Virus record (IMG/VR): IMGVR_UViG_3300036046_000012
Coordinates: 1-43,270 of that record
Length of the DNA stretch: 43,270 nt
Source of the DNA: a virus
Lineage: Duplodnaviria; Caudoviricetes
Direction: 5' to 3' (one strand)
Both the position numbers and the translations under genes were made by a program. The notes under the pieces are model-generated. The model searched no databases. It saw only the letters and a list, made by a program, of their open reading frames with translations, and had not been told where the DNA came from. Numbering within the stretch: the first letter of the stretch is position 1; each line of letters begins with the position of its first letter. Below are positions 25,568-35,215 of this stretch, in pieces.

Positions 25568-25927
25568 TTATCCAACTTGGTTTGTGGTACCAAGAAATTT
25601 ACCGTTGGCATCGTAATTAATGGTTGTTATGACTGTTCTTCCGTTGATTGTTTTTGTAATGGTATTCAATGAACCATTCGGATTATAAGCCAGTACAGAA
25701 CTTGAGAGAACTTCTGAACCCGATATTTCTTCAATCTTTGTCAGCTTTCCATCAGTTCCGTATGAAGGGACCATTGAATTGTTGTTAATTTCCGGATAAT
25801 TGATTTTAAAATCAATCAAGCCAAAGTTTTCATTGATTTTTTCGTAATTCGCATTATTGTTGTTTCGTAAATTACGCAAAGACACCTGATCCGGATGAAG
25901 ATCTAATTGTTTGATTTCGGCTGCCAT
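25568..25927 (-). CDS. Tail protein sharing its C-terminal domain with BppU
   Basis: LRNNNNANYEKI; C-terminal 65 aa paralogous to 24834-25040. Confidence 0.7.
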   Translation of the reverse strand: MAAEIKQLDLHPDQVSLRNLRNNNNANYEKINENFGLIDFKINYPEINNNSMVPSYGTDGKLTKIEEISGSEVLSSSVLAYNPNGSLNTITKTINGRTVITTINYDANGKFLGTTNQVG

Positions 25928-25952
25928 TTCTTCACCTCCAGCTTCCTTAATG

Positions 25953-26162
25953 CTATTTCAAAACCAGGCTTGCTTTGTACCCATCTAAAACAACTTTGTA
26001 TTTCTCAGAAAATACAAGGACATCTGTATCTTCATGTCCTTCTTCCAGATAAAAAAAGTAATCATATTGCTGAGTAGGAAGAGCGTTTTTTCCGAATACT
26101 GCGCTGGGTAAGATATTTCCTTCGTCATCTACATCGCAGAATAAGAGCATTGCGTAATTCAT
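25953..26162 (-). CDS. Small tail-associated protein
   Basis: FCDVDDEGNI..G..P..QYDYFF; follows Tal. Confidence 0.7.
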   Translation of the reverse strand: MNYAMLLFCDVDDEGNILPSAVFGKNALPTQQYDYFFYLEEGHEDTDVLVFSEKYKVVLDGYKASLVLK

Positions 26163-26166
26163 TTGA

Positions 26167-28035
26167 TCAATCCTCCTGGTACATCCTCAAAATGTATAAA
26201 TAAGCATCACTGCCGTAACTTCCGCTTTTCAAACGGAGATAAAACGTCAACCTCTGGTATGTCGGCTTTCCTAAATTAATTCTTACAAGTTTATAGCCAT
26301 CAGCCTCTGTCTCATTATAGAAAGAATAGCCATGATCTATATACTGACGGCTAAAATCGTCGATACCCCTTAGATAGAAGCCGCCTGCGCCTGAGGCCCC
26401 AACAGCTAATTTGTGATTCACCTCTACAACAAGTACGCTGCCGTCATGCCTCATAGAAAAAGCCTCAACAGTCTGCTCTACGTTGTAAGTATCTCCAGTC
26501 CCTTGTGCCATGTAGTAATAGCCATTACGTGATATTCCTGGCTCCATGCGGGAAGGCAGCATCGGCTGGACATTGTAATTTAAGTTTGCCATTCCATTCT
26601 GCATGAATACAGCTCCGTCCGGCCGTATGATGTTCATACTTCCCCCACTGGCCGTTATCTTGCCTGGAACTATCTCAACGAATTTGTTTGCGTTATTTGC
26701 GTCGACAGATTTGAACTGGTCACCTGTCATGAAGATCTTCCCTGACGCCCCTTCAATCCTCACAAAAGCTGTATTTAGAGTCCCCGTGTTTACTACGTCA
26801 GCATTAAAGCCTCCGCCCGTCATAGCAGTTTTAAATGTTTGCCCGCCGTCTTCAGATATTCCTAATCCGGCTGAATTAAAAAGAACCAACTTATTAGGGT
26901 CGGTTTTGTCTATTGCTAGTATTCCTCCATTATCAGGAAACACCAATTCAGTTTGTGCGTTCTGGAGTGCGATTGTGGCCTGCTGTACGGCGATTGCCAA
27001 AGCTTCGAAGGGTAAAGGTCGCTTACCGTCAATTGCATCCGCTATCGTCTTTGTAGCGTTATGGATGCGCCTCTGTTGCTCAAAGATATTGCTGAAATTG
27101 GATAGCGTAACATCACAATCAAGCACTGTTCCATTCTTGTCCAGCAATTCCACTATTTCAACAATCCTTGTATCAATCATTAAATCTAAACGATCATCTA
27201 CAAGGATTATGACATCACCTTCATCAGGATGATTTTTGTTATAGCCGCTGGCCCGCAAATCAGAAAGTTTAACTGTCAAAGCGATTTTAAGACTGCTATC
27301 TACAGCCTCCTTGACTTTGTTCAGTAGATTAGTGCTGTTTGTGAACCGTTCATCCCTTATGGCTTTTATTGGACGATCTCCGTAAATATCGGCCAAAGGG
27401 GACCGGTAAGTAACCTTGAGACCATCCTTCCCATAGCCTTCTCCGTAAGTGGAAAAGTCCAAGGCATCCACTGTTCGCTCAATTGATTCCAGATTGAACT
27501 TGTGGCGATACTGAAAATCAGTAGTGCTGCCAATTGTCTCCCGCAAGGTTACAACCTTTCCCTTAACACTGAACTCTGATCCGTAGCGCTCGAGTGCCGT
27601 TTTAAACAATTCCAGTCCGTAATCATCACCGAAGTCTTCAAACTTCTCAGCGAAAAACGAATCGATGATATTAAACGTGTAGCCTGATCCTGTGAAGATG
27701 AAATTCATCATATCCACAAACGTTCTCGAACCTGTGAATTTCTCGTAAATCACATGGTTTCTCATATCATCATAGAAACTGTGCAGGCAGCTGATTTCTC
27801 TTGTATAGCCATTACCTTCAGCAATATCCCGGTAAATTAGAACAGGATATTCTTCCCCGACAAAATCAATAATTCTCCAAAGCTTTTCAATATCATCGAA
27901 GAAATGAGCGTTCTGCTTTGTCTTTTCAAGTTTTAAAGACAATTCTTTTTCTCCGTTTACCCTTCTCTTACGGACGATATTAGAGGCGCCAGTAAGCAGG
28001 TAAACTTCACCTTGCAGATCTTTTATTGCTAACAT
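26167..28035 (-). CDS. Tail spike/baseplate hub (Tal, prophage endopeptidase tail family)
   Basis: RKRRVNGEKELS, YRSPLADIYG, DERFT, FNSAGLGISEDGGQTF. Confidence 0.85.
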   Translation of the reverse strand: MLAIKDLQGEVYLLTGASNIVRKRRVNGEKELSLKLEKTKQNAHFFDDIEKLWRIIDFVGEEYPVLIYRDIAEGNGYTREISCLHSFYDDMRNHVIYEKFTGSRTFVDMMNFIFTGSGYTFNIIDSFFAEKFEDFGDDYGLELFKTALERYGSEFSVKGKVVTLRETIGSTTDFQYRHKFNLESIERTVDALDFSTYGEGYGKDGLKVTYRSPLADIYGDRPIKAIRDERFTNSTNLLNKVKEAVDSSLKIALTVKLSDLRASGYNKNHPDEGDVIILVDDRLDLMIDTRIVEIVELLDKNGTVLDCDVTLSNFSNIFEQQRRIHNATKTIADAIDGKRPLPFEALAIAVQQATIALQNAQTELVFPDNGGILAIDKTDPNKLVLFNSAGLGISEDGGQTFKTAMTGGGFNADVVNTGTLNTAFVRIEGASGKIFMTGDQFKSVDANNANKFVEIVPGKITASGGSMNIIRPDGAVFMQNGMANLNYNVQPMLPSRMEPGISRNGYYYMAQGTGDTYNVEQTVEAFSMRHDGSVLVVEVNHKLAVGASGAGGFYLRGIDDFSRQYIDHGYSFYNETEADGYKLVRINLGKPTYQRLTFYLRLKSGSYGSDAYLYILRMYQED

Positions 28036-28047
28036 GCTGCGCCTCCT

Positions 28048-28965
28048 TTATCTGAAGTACCATCGGAAATCGAATGAAAGCGTTCCGTTCGTGGCACCAG
28101 TTACATAGATAACGTTTTGCCCTGGACTTAACTTGATTAATTTCAAGTTAGTATTCCGTACGATTGATAAACCGTTTAGCGTTGAGTGAACTCCTTCAAT
28201 CTTGATCTCGTCCCCTGCAACTGTATTTCCATTAAAGCTCCACTCAGAACCGTTAAAAACGTTCCTTATTTTCAGTTTGACACTTGCCCCTGTGTAAGTG
28301 ATTGCCAAGTACATTCCCTCTTCAGGATCTACAGTTTCTGTGCCCCCGTTATAGACCCCTATAGTTGTGGGGTTTATAAAGGTGTATTTCGGCTCCACAT
28401 CAAATATCTGAGCTTGTCCGACGGTCCAAATGCTGTTTTCTACTTCATCTGTGCCATTACCAATCATAAAAGGGGTAAGCGTCGTAGCAGCCGTTTCTCC
28501 AAATGGCAATTCCACAGTTTCAAAAGAAATTGAATCCAGACCCCACAGATCCTGCTGGTTCGGAGCTAAGTTGTTCGTTCTGCGCACCAGATACCTTTTA
28601 CCGTATATAATGTCTGAATTAAAATCATAGGCTTTGGAAGCCTCAGTTTGCCCAGGAGCTTCGAATTCGTATCCTCTGGAACTACGACCCTCGTATACCC
28701 AAAAGGGCTCTATTCCGCCCAGCCAGGCGTAAATTTCATCACGTAAGAACGGGTAATCGAAGTGATCCACTGCATTAAATAAAAAGGGGACCGTTATAGT
28801 CCTTGATCCATAATCCGCCCCTTTGTCTATCCTGCCTGGCCTACCTTGAATTTCAGAGCTGTATGAACGAACTGAAACGGTAGAAACAAGGAAATCACGG
28901 GGAATAAGCCCGATTTCCGAAAACTTCTTTCGTTCCCCATCTAATTTTTCTATGAGTACGTCCAT
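28048..28965 (-). CDS. Distal tail protein (Dit)
   Basis: Follows tape measure; IQGRPG..G..Y.SRTITV; LSPGQNVI; FDFRWYF. Confidence 0.85.
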   Translation of the reverse strand: MDVLIEKLDGERKKFSEIGLIPRDFLVSTVSVRSYSSEIQGRPGRIDKGADYGSRTITVPFLFNAVDHFDYPFLRDEIYAWLGGIEPFWVYEGRSSRGYEFEAPGQTEASKAYDFNSDIIYGKRYLVRRTNNLAPNQQDLWGLDSISFETVELPFGETAATTLTPFMIGNGTDEVENSIWTVGQAQIFDVEPKYTFINPTTIGVYNGGTETVDPEEGMYLAITYTGASVKLKIRNVFNGSEWSFNGNTVAGDEIKIEGVHSTLNGLSIVRNTNLKLIKLSPGQNVIYVTGATNGTLSFDFRWYFR

Positions 28966-28973
28966 CGGTTCAC

Positions 28974-31967
28974 CTACTTCCCGTAAAATCCATCAGTTAT
29001 TCTTGTTCGTTTCGCATTTCCTCTTTCAACGTAGGAGACAACTTTTTCGCCATCCCATTCGTTATAAACATTGATTGTTGGATCCGGAGTCTCCATGTCA
29101 GCAACATCTGCAGAGAATGAATGTTTTAATGCCTTAATGTCACTTGGTTTTACAACCGCACTTAAGGATGCTGTAGCTTGCATGTTCGCAATTTGTGGAG
29201 TGAAAGCATTGGATGCTGCTGCAGCCATGTTTGATGCTGCGTTTGCAACCTTATTGCCCATTTTATTTACACCGATGATATAACCTTCTCCGGTATACAC
29301 CCCGAACGATTTGAATAGTCTTGACGGAGAATTGATTCCGAGAAGTGCCTTGGCTCCCTCGATCGCACCGTTTACAACACCTTTCACACCATTTACCAAA
29401 CTGCTTGCCATGCTTTTAACACCATTGACCAAGCCTTCAATGATGTTTGCTCCTATCTCAAACAAATCAATGCTGCGGAAAAAGTTCATCACTTGATTCC
29501 AGATTTCTTTAATTCCGTTCCACACTTGATTCATTTTTTCTTTTACTGCCGAAACTATATCTGAAAACTTTTGCTTTACCGTGCTCCAAATATTTGATGC
29601 AACTTCAGTTGTTTTCGACTTGATTTTTTGCCATGTGTCCTTGATCCAAGTCCAAACAATGTCCCAGGCCTTTTTTGTCCAGGCGCTAATTTTATCCCAG
29701 TTGGCAATGATCAGGATGACCAATGCAATTACTGTAGCGATAACCCATCCGACTGGTCCAAGAGCGATAAACCAAGCAGCTGCTACCTTTGCAGCATGAA
29801 ACAGTGCCTGAACGCCAACCCATAGCCATTTCGCTACGAATATCGCCGCCGTGGCTACCATTTTAGCGACTGCTTTTGCCATAGCAACTCCAGTGGCCAG
29901 AGTCCACGCTGCTGCAACTTTAGCTGCATGGAATAATGCTTGTGCCCCCATCCATAGCCACTTAGCGACAAATACAGCTGCGGAGGCAATCATCTTGGCT
30001 ACTGCAACGACCATGTTTTTTCCTACGGTTAGAAGCCAAGCGGCTGCAATCTTTGCACCATGGAACAGAGCCTGAGCTCCCATCCACAACCATTTTGCTA
30101 CAAAGGTCGCGGCTGTCCAGGTCATCTTCGCAACGGACTTTACCATTTGAGCTATGAGTCCAGGTCCTAAAAAGGCACCCACTGCAATGATCAATGGGAG
30201 TATGAAGATAAATGCCCCTGTAAGTACGATGACTGCTGCAATTATCTTACCAACCCAAGGATGTGCGGCCATCATAGCTGCAGACCATTCCAAAAATCCG
30301 TTAATTGCATCGAGCATCTGAGTGCCTGTTGGAGCCAATGCAATCCCTAATTCCTTGATGAAAGTAACAATATTTCCGATAAGCTCAGCAACCTTCGGCC
30401 CGTTCTCTTTGATGTAGCTTATAAAACCTTTAAACTCTTCGTTCTGCCCCAAGGCTTTTGCCCATTCTTTAAATCCGGCCATCATTTCCTTGATTCTGTC
30501 CATCCATTCGGATGCTGAAGGACCAAAAGCCGCAAACATATATATGATTCCTGCAATGGCATCACGGAATATCGCGCGGATCTTCGGCATGTTTGTTTCG
30601 ACATATGATACAAATTCCTGAAATGTCTTACTTTTACCGAGACCATCTGCCCATGCTGCAAAACGTTCAGTCATTTCAAGAAAACCTTGAGCAGTTGATT
30701 TGGTTAACGGTCCAAAGGAGGTCATCATATTAAAAAATCCTTGAAGCAGATTGCCTAAGGATTTTAATACTGTTTCAGTTAGCGGCCCTGCTTCCTTGTT
30801 TAGATAATCAAAGAACTTTTTGACTGGAGGACTACCCACTGATTTATTCAATGATTCCATCAATCTGTTAAATGCATCAGCAACACTTACAAACATTGGC
30901 TTCAGTGATTTTAAAATGGTGGATACTGCTTTGAGGGCACTTCCGTATGCAGAAGCTGCCTTATCAGAAACAGATGCTTGAATTTCCTTCCACACACTTT
31001 TGACTACTTTAAGTGATTCATAGGCCTTCTTTTGTGATTTGGTCATGTCCTTTACTTCGCCATGAACAGCTTTAATAGACGGCAAGGCTACTGCTATAAA
31101 ACCGACAGCGCCAATAGCTGCAGCCGTAAAAGCGGATAGTAAAGCGAAAGTGGACCCTGCGATTGTCCCAATCATAACCCCTAAATTACCAAGCAAACCA
31201 ATCAAGTGAGCAATGATCGGCACTATCGCAGGGGAAATCATGAGGAGTAAGCCGGACCCGGAATATCGAATGATCTCACCAAAGGTGCGGATACTTTGTG
31301 CGAATCTGTCCATTGCCGCTTGAACATTATTATACCGGCGCTCGAAATCCCTGAATGTATTTTGGGTATGAGTGTTTATCAGGGCCATGGCATTTAAAAA
31401 TGGGTGGGTGTTTACATCTACATCAATCTCCACTTCATTGGGCAATGCGGCCGCCGCTGCGTCTACTGCAGCCAGTCCTGCTATTGCTCCAGCAACTTCT
31501 GCATCAACATCAATGTTCGCCTCATCCGGGAGAGAACTTACTGCAGCATCGACAGCTTCTACCTCTGCAATCGCCTCAGCAACACTTGTTTCAACATCTA
31601 TTTCAACTTCACTTGGAAGGGAGGAAATAGCTTGATCGACAGCTTCAATTTCTTCAATGACTTCGGCAATCTCAGAATCTATATTTATATCAACGTTTTC
31701 CGGCAGCGTGCTTAGTGCCTCATCCACAGATTCGATTTCTGAAATGACTTCCGCCACATCAGAGGTTATATCGATATTGTGTTCTTCGGCCAGTTCCGAA
31801 AGCATGCTGTCTACGACTTCCATTTCGGACATGAATTCCGCAATATCAGCGCTAATTTCTGCTTCGGCCCCCATAGCAGTTTCACGAATTTCACGATCTA
31901 CTTCTCGCATCGCACGCTGGAAGGCCTTAATATTAGCGCCAATTATCGCTTCAAAGTTCTCAGCCAA
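28974..31967 (-). CDS. Tail tape measure protein (~997 aa)
   Basis: Ala/Trp-rich helical repeats; GINSPSR; TTG 31967 after AGGAGG. Confidence 0.92.
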   Translation of the reverse strand: MAENFEAIIGANIKAFQRAMREVDREIRETAMGAEAEISADIAEFMSEMEVVDSMLSELAEEHNIDITSDVAEVISEIESVDEALSTLPENVDINIDSEIAEVIEEIEAVDQAISSLPSEVEIDVETSVAEAIAEVEAVDAAVSSLPDEANIDVDAEVAGAIAGLAAVDAAAAALPNEVEIDVDVNTHPFLNAMALINTHTQNTFRDFERRYNNVQAAMDRFAQSIRTFGEIIRYSGSGLLLMISPAIVPIIAHLIGLLGNLGVMIGTIAGSTFALLSAFTAAAIGAVGFIAVALPSIKAVHGEVKDMTKSQKKAYESLKVVKSVWKEIQASVSDKAASAYGSALKAVSTILKSLKPMFVSVADAFNRLMESLNKSVGSPPVKKFFDYLNKEAGPLTETVLKSLGNLLQGFFNMMTSFGPLTKSTAQGFLEMTERFAAWADGLGKSKTFQEFVSYVETNMPKIRAIFRDAIAGIIYMFAAFGPSASEWMDRIKEMMAGFKEWAKALGQNEEFKGFISYIKENGPKVAELIGNIVTFIKELGIALAPTGTQMLDAINGFLEWSAAMMAAHPWVGKIIAAVIVLTGAFIFILPLIIAVGAFLGPGLIAQMVKSVAKMTWTAATFVAKWLWMGAQALFHGAKIAAAWLLTVGKNMVVAVAKMIASAAVFVAKWLWMGAQALFHAAKVAAAWTLATGVAMAKAVAKMVATAAIFVAKWLWVGVQALFHAAKVAAAWFIALGPVGWVIATVIALVILIIANWDKISAWTKKAWDIVWTWIKDTWQKIKSKTTEVASNIWSTVKQKFSDIVSAVKEKMNQVWNGIKEIWNQVMNFFRSIDLFEIGANIIEGLVNGVKSMASSLVNGVKGVVNGAIEGAKALLGINSPSRLFKSFGVYTGEGYIIGVNKMGNKVANAASNMAAAASNAFTPQIANMQATASLSAVVKPSDIKALKHSFSADVADMETPDPTINVYNEWDGEKVVSYVERGNAKRTRITDGFYGK

Positions 31968-31983
31968 ACCATCCACCTCCTTC

Positions 31984-32457
31984 CTACGTCATTCCAGGTG
32001 AATAATTTCTCATTGCTTCTTTGGCCTTTTTGTAGCGCTCAAAAGATACAACGTCGTTTTTCTTAACCTCAGGATTTTCAATCTTTTTACGGATCTTATC
32101 CGCATCGTATATGTCTTTCAGCTTCAGACGTTTCCGGCTGTTACTGGCCTTTGCAATAAACATGGCAGACACAGCAGCATGCTCATATTCATCAACAGTT
32201 CTAAACTTTGCGCCTTTGACAAAATTTTTAAATTGGCGAGGCGTCCATGAATAAATCAAATCGATATCGTGCTCGTCCAGATAATGCGCGGCATCAATTT
32301 CAAGCTGATCGTAATCAATTACGATGTCATTTCTTTTTTGGTCTCGATCAGCATGTTGTAGACTTTTAGATTGCGGTCCTTCTCTTCGTCCGTTTTGCCA
32401 GTCGATTTCATCAGCTCGATGTTTCTCCAGAACTTCTTCGACTGTTGTTTGAAAAAA
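31984..32457 (-). CDS. Tail assembly chaperone C-terminal (gpT-like) frame, reached by -1 frameshift
   Basis: No RBS at TTG 32259; -1 frame is open from slippery T TTT TTC at 32457-32451 to stop at 31984. Confidence 0.7.
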   Translation of the reverse strand, partial: FFQTTVEEVLEKHRADEIDWQNGRREGPQSKSLQHADRDQKRNDIVIDYDQLEIDAAHYLDEHDIDLIYSWTPRQFKNFVKGAKFRTVDEYEHAAVSAMFIAKASNSRKRLKLKDIYDADKIRKKIENPEVKKNDVVSFERYKKAKEAMRNYSPGMT

Positions 32458-32774
32458 CCAGATTCATCGATTGCTTTGTAAGCTTCTTTAAGCATAGGCT
32501 CAGAATCCCCGTCCTCTTCAATGCGTTCCACAATCGCTTCCTGAATTTCTTCTAAGGTCGGTTTATCCTTACCCTTAAGATAATTCAGGCCGCAGTCCCA
32601 GAACTCCACCAGCGAATCATTGGACGCCTGCAGCAGCCCCATATAGACATTGTGGAATCCGCCTGTTTTCTTCCCGTTATCATCAGTAGTTCCGTACTTA
32701 TCATCTGCCATCTTCGAGAACTTGAAATTAAATTTTGCTTCATACTCTGTACCGTTGATTGTTAATTGAGCCAT
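32319..32774 (-). CDS. Tail assembly chaperone (gpG-like)
   Basis: LTINGTEYEAKFNFKF...DESGFF; between tail tube and tape measure. Confidence 0.85.
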   Translation of the reverse strand: MAQLTINGTEYEAKFNFKFSKMADDKYGTTDDNGKKTGGFHNVYMGLLQASNDSLVEFWDCGLNYLKGKDKPTLEEIQEAIVERIEEDGDSEPMLKEAYKAIDESGFFKQQSKKFWRNIELMKSTGKTDEEKDRNLKVYNMLIETKKEMTS

Positions 32775-32796
32775 GTTTGTTTCCTCCTAAAATTCA

Positions 32797-32823
32797 AAAT
32801 AAAAAAGACGGGATAAACCCGCC
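32797..32823 (-). terminator. Terminator after major tail gene
   Basis: GGCGGG-TTTAT-CCCGTC-TTTTTTATTTT. Confidence 0.7.
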
Positions 32824-32828
32824 TTGAA

Positions 32829-33350
32829 TTATGGTGTTACCGTTGAAGTTTGTTCCGGGAACTCTCCTGTTTTTTCGCCTGGAGCTTCGAAACCGTACCT
32901 TGCAAATTCAATTAGCTCAGGAGGCAACGCTTCAATTTCGCCCTCCTGTGAGTCACCAATAACCTGGACTGTTGCAGATACTTCCACAAACCCATCTTGT
33001 GGGGCAGATCGTTCCACAGATTCAACGATTGTATAGGCAAATACTGCATCATGCTTGCCTGCTTCATTAAGGTTAATGTCCACTTCCCAAACTTTCAGCT
33101 GCTTCTTTTTCTTGATTGCATCCAATACAGCTTTTTGACCCGGATCGCCAGTCTCTCCGTAAGCTGTAAATTCGAATGACTCACTGTTTTGGCCATACCC
33201 TACGATACGTCCAAACTTTGTGGACTCATCAAGGATTTCATTTTCGATTGAGTAAGTATTTTCTGTCAGGTTTCCAATCAGCAAACCAGCTGCAGCCAAC
33301 GCGGCATCTGTGGATTGAACCAGGAGGATTGTATCCTTACCATTTTGCAT
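32829..33350 (-). CDS. Major tail (tube) protein, TP901-1/SPP1 gp17.1 family
   Basis: GKDTILL, DESTKFG, KVWEV, YGFEAPG. Confidence 0.88.
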   Translation of the reverse strand: MQNGKDTILLVQSTDAALAAAGLLIGNLTENTYSIENEILDESTKFGRIVGYGQNSESFEFTAYGETGDPGQKAVLDAIKKKKQLKVWEVDINLNEAGKHDAVFAYTIVESVERSAPQDGFVEVSATVQVIGDSQEGEIEALPPELIEFARYGFEAPGEKTGEFPEQTSTVTP

Positions 33351-33362
33351 GCATTCCACTCC

Positions 33363-33767
33363 TTAATTGTTTTGTATTGTGTACTTCATTCTGAGAACAC
33401 CATGCCGAATCCTCGGATCAGTATCATCAAACACCCGAATGTTATCCACATCGATTTTTCTTACCGTAAAACCGTCCAGATTGACGCCTGACGAGAGGGA
33501 AGACAAACACAGGTTGATTATGTCTATAGCTTCTTTCTTGCCTTCATACAGGCTCCAAACGTGAATGACGATAGATAACTCTTCTCCGAATTTGCTCTTG
33601 GTGTTAAAAGGCAGCATACTGGGCTCCCCTATTGTGATATAAGGGAATGCCTGATTTTCGCCAACGGCATCAAAAACGCCTGTCACTCTTTCCGAAATAA
33701 TCGGGTCGGTAGACAGGCGAGTAAATATTCCTTTTTGTAATTCGAACATAGCTGTTTGTATCGCCAT
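33363..33767 (-). CDS. Tail terminator (DUF3168, SPP1 gp17-like)
   Basis: LQKGIF..VFDAV..FPYITIGE..IHVWS..HGVL. Confidence 0.85.
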   Translation of the reverse strand: MAIQTAMFELQKGIFTRLSTDPIISERVTGVFDAVGENQAFPYITIGEPSMLPFNTKSKFGEELSIVIHVWSLYEGKKEAIDIINLCLSSLSSGVNLDGFTVRKIDVDNIRVFDDTDPRIRHGVLRMKYTIQNN

Positions 33768-33771
33768 ATCA

Positions 33772-34197
33772 TCACAACCCCATCTTTCTCATTTCATTTC
33801 GGAAAAAGCGGCCGCCGGCATCAATGGCTGGTGCCCAGAACTCCTGAGGTCTTTGACCTTCGGTTGTAACAAATCGATTCAATTTGTCAGAGTAATAGGT
33901 CCAAGGAGTCTGCCGGCCATTACCTTTAGAGGCATAAATACCTGTACCGTACTCAACGTAAATAGCATAGTGAGCAGTAACGCGTACAATGGCCAGCAAG
34001 CCGTCTTGAAGTATCTCCATCTCTATTGAGTCCCGGAGGTTCCCATCGTCCACAGGAGCAAGAGCCTTTGCGTTCGAATGAATGATTGTGGCCGTTTCCG
34101 TGACAATCCGCTTGACCTGGGACTCGAAATCTTCAGCGTACTCCCTTACCGCTCGCCGCAAGTATCTATTTCCAAGTGTGATGCGATTACCTGCCAT
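33772..34197 (-). CDS. HK97 gp10-family tail completion protein
   Basis: APVDDGNLRDSI; YAIYVEYGTG. Confidence 0.88.
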   Translation of the reverse strand: MAGNRITLGNRYLRRAVREYAEDFESQVKRIVTETATIIHSNAKALAPVDDGNLRDSIEMEILQDGLLAIVRVTAHYAIYVEYGTGIYASKGNGRQTPWTYYSDKLNRFVTTEGQRPQEFWAPAIDAGGRFFRNEMRKMGL

Positions 34198-34519
34198 TTG
34201 GTATCATCCTCAGCTGCACTTTCATTACTTCCTTTTGGCCGCCCTGATCCTGAGGCTTAGCAATCAATTCGTAAATATCGTCTTCAAAGACGCACCTCAT
34301 CTTCTCTGTGATGTCTGTACGATACTCATAATAGAGATTGCGGTCGAAAGGCGTATTGAGCTGCTGAGCTTGAAATATCTCCCTGCTGGAGGGCGTATCG
34401 CAAAAGGCAGGCACGTCAATCAAGACATCTACCCAAGCCTGTTCAAATCCCCCAGCGCCATCAGGTACCTTTTGCAATTCCTGAAAAGTAACGCTGTGAG
34501 GATAAATTTCATTCATCAT
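34187..34519 (-). CDS. Head closure protein (SPP1 gp16-like)
   Basis: PDGAGG..W; PSSREIFQAQQ; DQGGQ. Confidence 0.85.
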   Translation of the reverse strand: MMNEIYPHSVTFQELQKVPDGAGGFEQAWVDVLIDVPAFCDTPSSREIFQAQQLNTPFDRNLYYEYRTDITEKMRCVFEDDIYELIAKPQDQGGQKEVMKVQLRMIPNGR

Positions 34520-34860
34520 ATGAACCGCAGCCTTTTGTACGGCTTCAGATACCGTTTGAAGCTATCAGGGAAATCAAGATCATAGGTATATGAAACGGAT
34601 CCCATTGTTCGAGACTTTAGGCCAGATACATTCAGATTGTGCTGAATTGTTTTGGCAATATAAATCTTTACGCCGCCGGGAATGTTCATGGACCCGGTAG
34701 CCGAAATGCCACCAAAGTTATTGTTTGTATAGACCATCACGTCTTCCAACAATAACGGCAGCATCGTTATGATGTAATCGTCATGTTTGGAGTCCTGAAT
34801 GTTTAAAATAGCTTTGATTTCTGCAACATCATCCGGAGTGGGTATGAATTGAACTTCCAT
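34516..34860 (-). CDS. Head-tail adaptor (SPP1 gp15-like)
   Basis: YTNNNF; PGGVKIYIA; SRTMGSVSYTY; LKPYKRL. Confidence 0.85.
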   Translation of the reverse strand: MEVQFIPTPDDVAEIKAILNIQDSKHDDYIITMLPLLLEDVMVYTNNNFGGISATGSMNIPGGVKIYIAKTIQHNLNVSGLKSRTMGSVSYTYDLDFPDSFKRYLKPYKRLRFI

Positions 34861-34868
34861 TGCAGCAC

Positions 34869-35186
34869 CTACTCCCCAAGAATTAAGCTGATTAGTTCCT
34901 TTTTGTTATCATCTGATTTGTACTCGATGTTTTCATCATCCAAGAAAGCTTTCAAATCATCATTTTTCACTTTCTCCAGTTCCTCACGCGTCATCATGAA
35001 GAAGTCTAATGAACCGTCTGTTCTCTCGATAGACAAGGACCCAGGATTCTCTTCCTTAGCTTCTGCCATTTTATAACCTTGTGCTTTGTAAACAACATCA
35101 AAAGCCCGCCGTGTTACCTTGCGAGCTCTCCCTTTAGGATCAACAACATCAAGAATGGTGTCTGGAGACTTCATATATTTGGTCAT
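34869..35186 (-). CDS. Small head-associated protein with HeH/Rho-N-like C-terminal domain
   Basis: KNDDLKAFLDDENIEY..KKELISLI. Confidence 0.7.
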   Translation of the reverse strand: MTKYMKSPDTILDVVDPKGRARKVTRRAFDVVYKAQGYKMAEAKEENPGSLSIERTDGSLDFFMMTREELEKVKNDDLKAFLDDENIEYKSDDNKKELISLILGE

Positions 35187-35215
35187 GGTATCAAATCCAC
35201 CCTTTCTGAGATTAA

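Noticed and set aside
22680-25930. Shufflon-type invertible tail segments
   Set aside because: All tail genes are co-oriented and I found no inverted crossover repeats by eye
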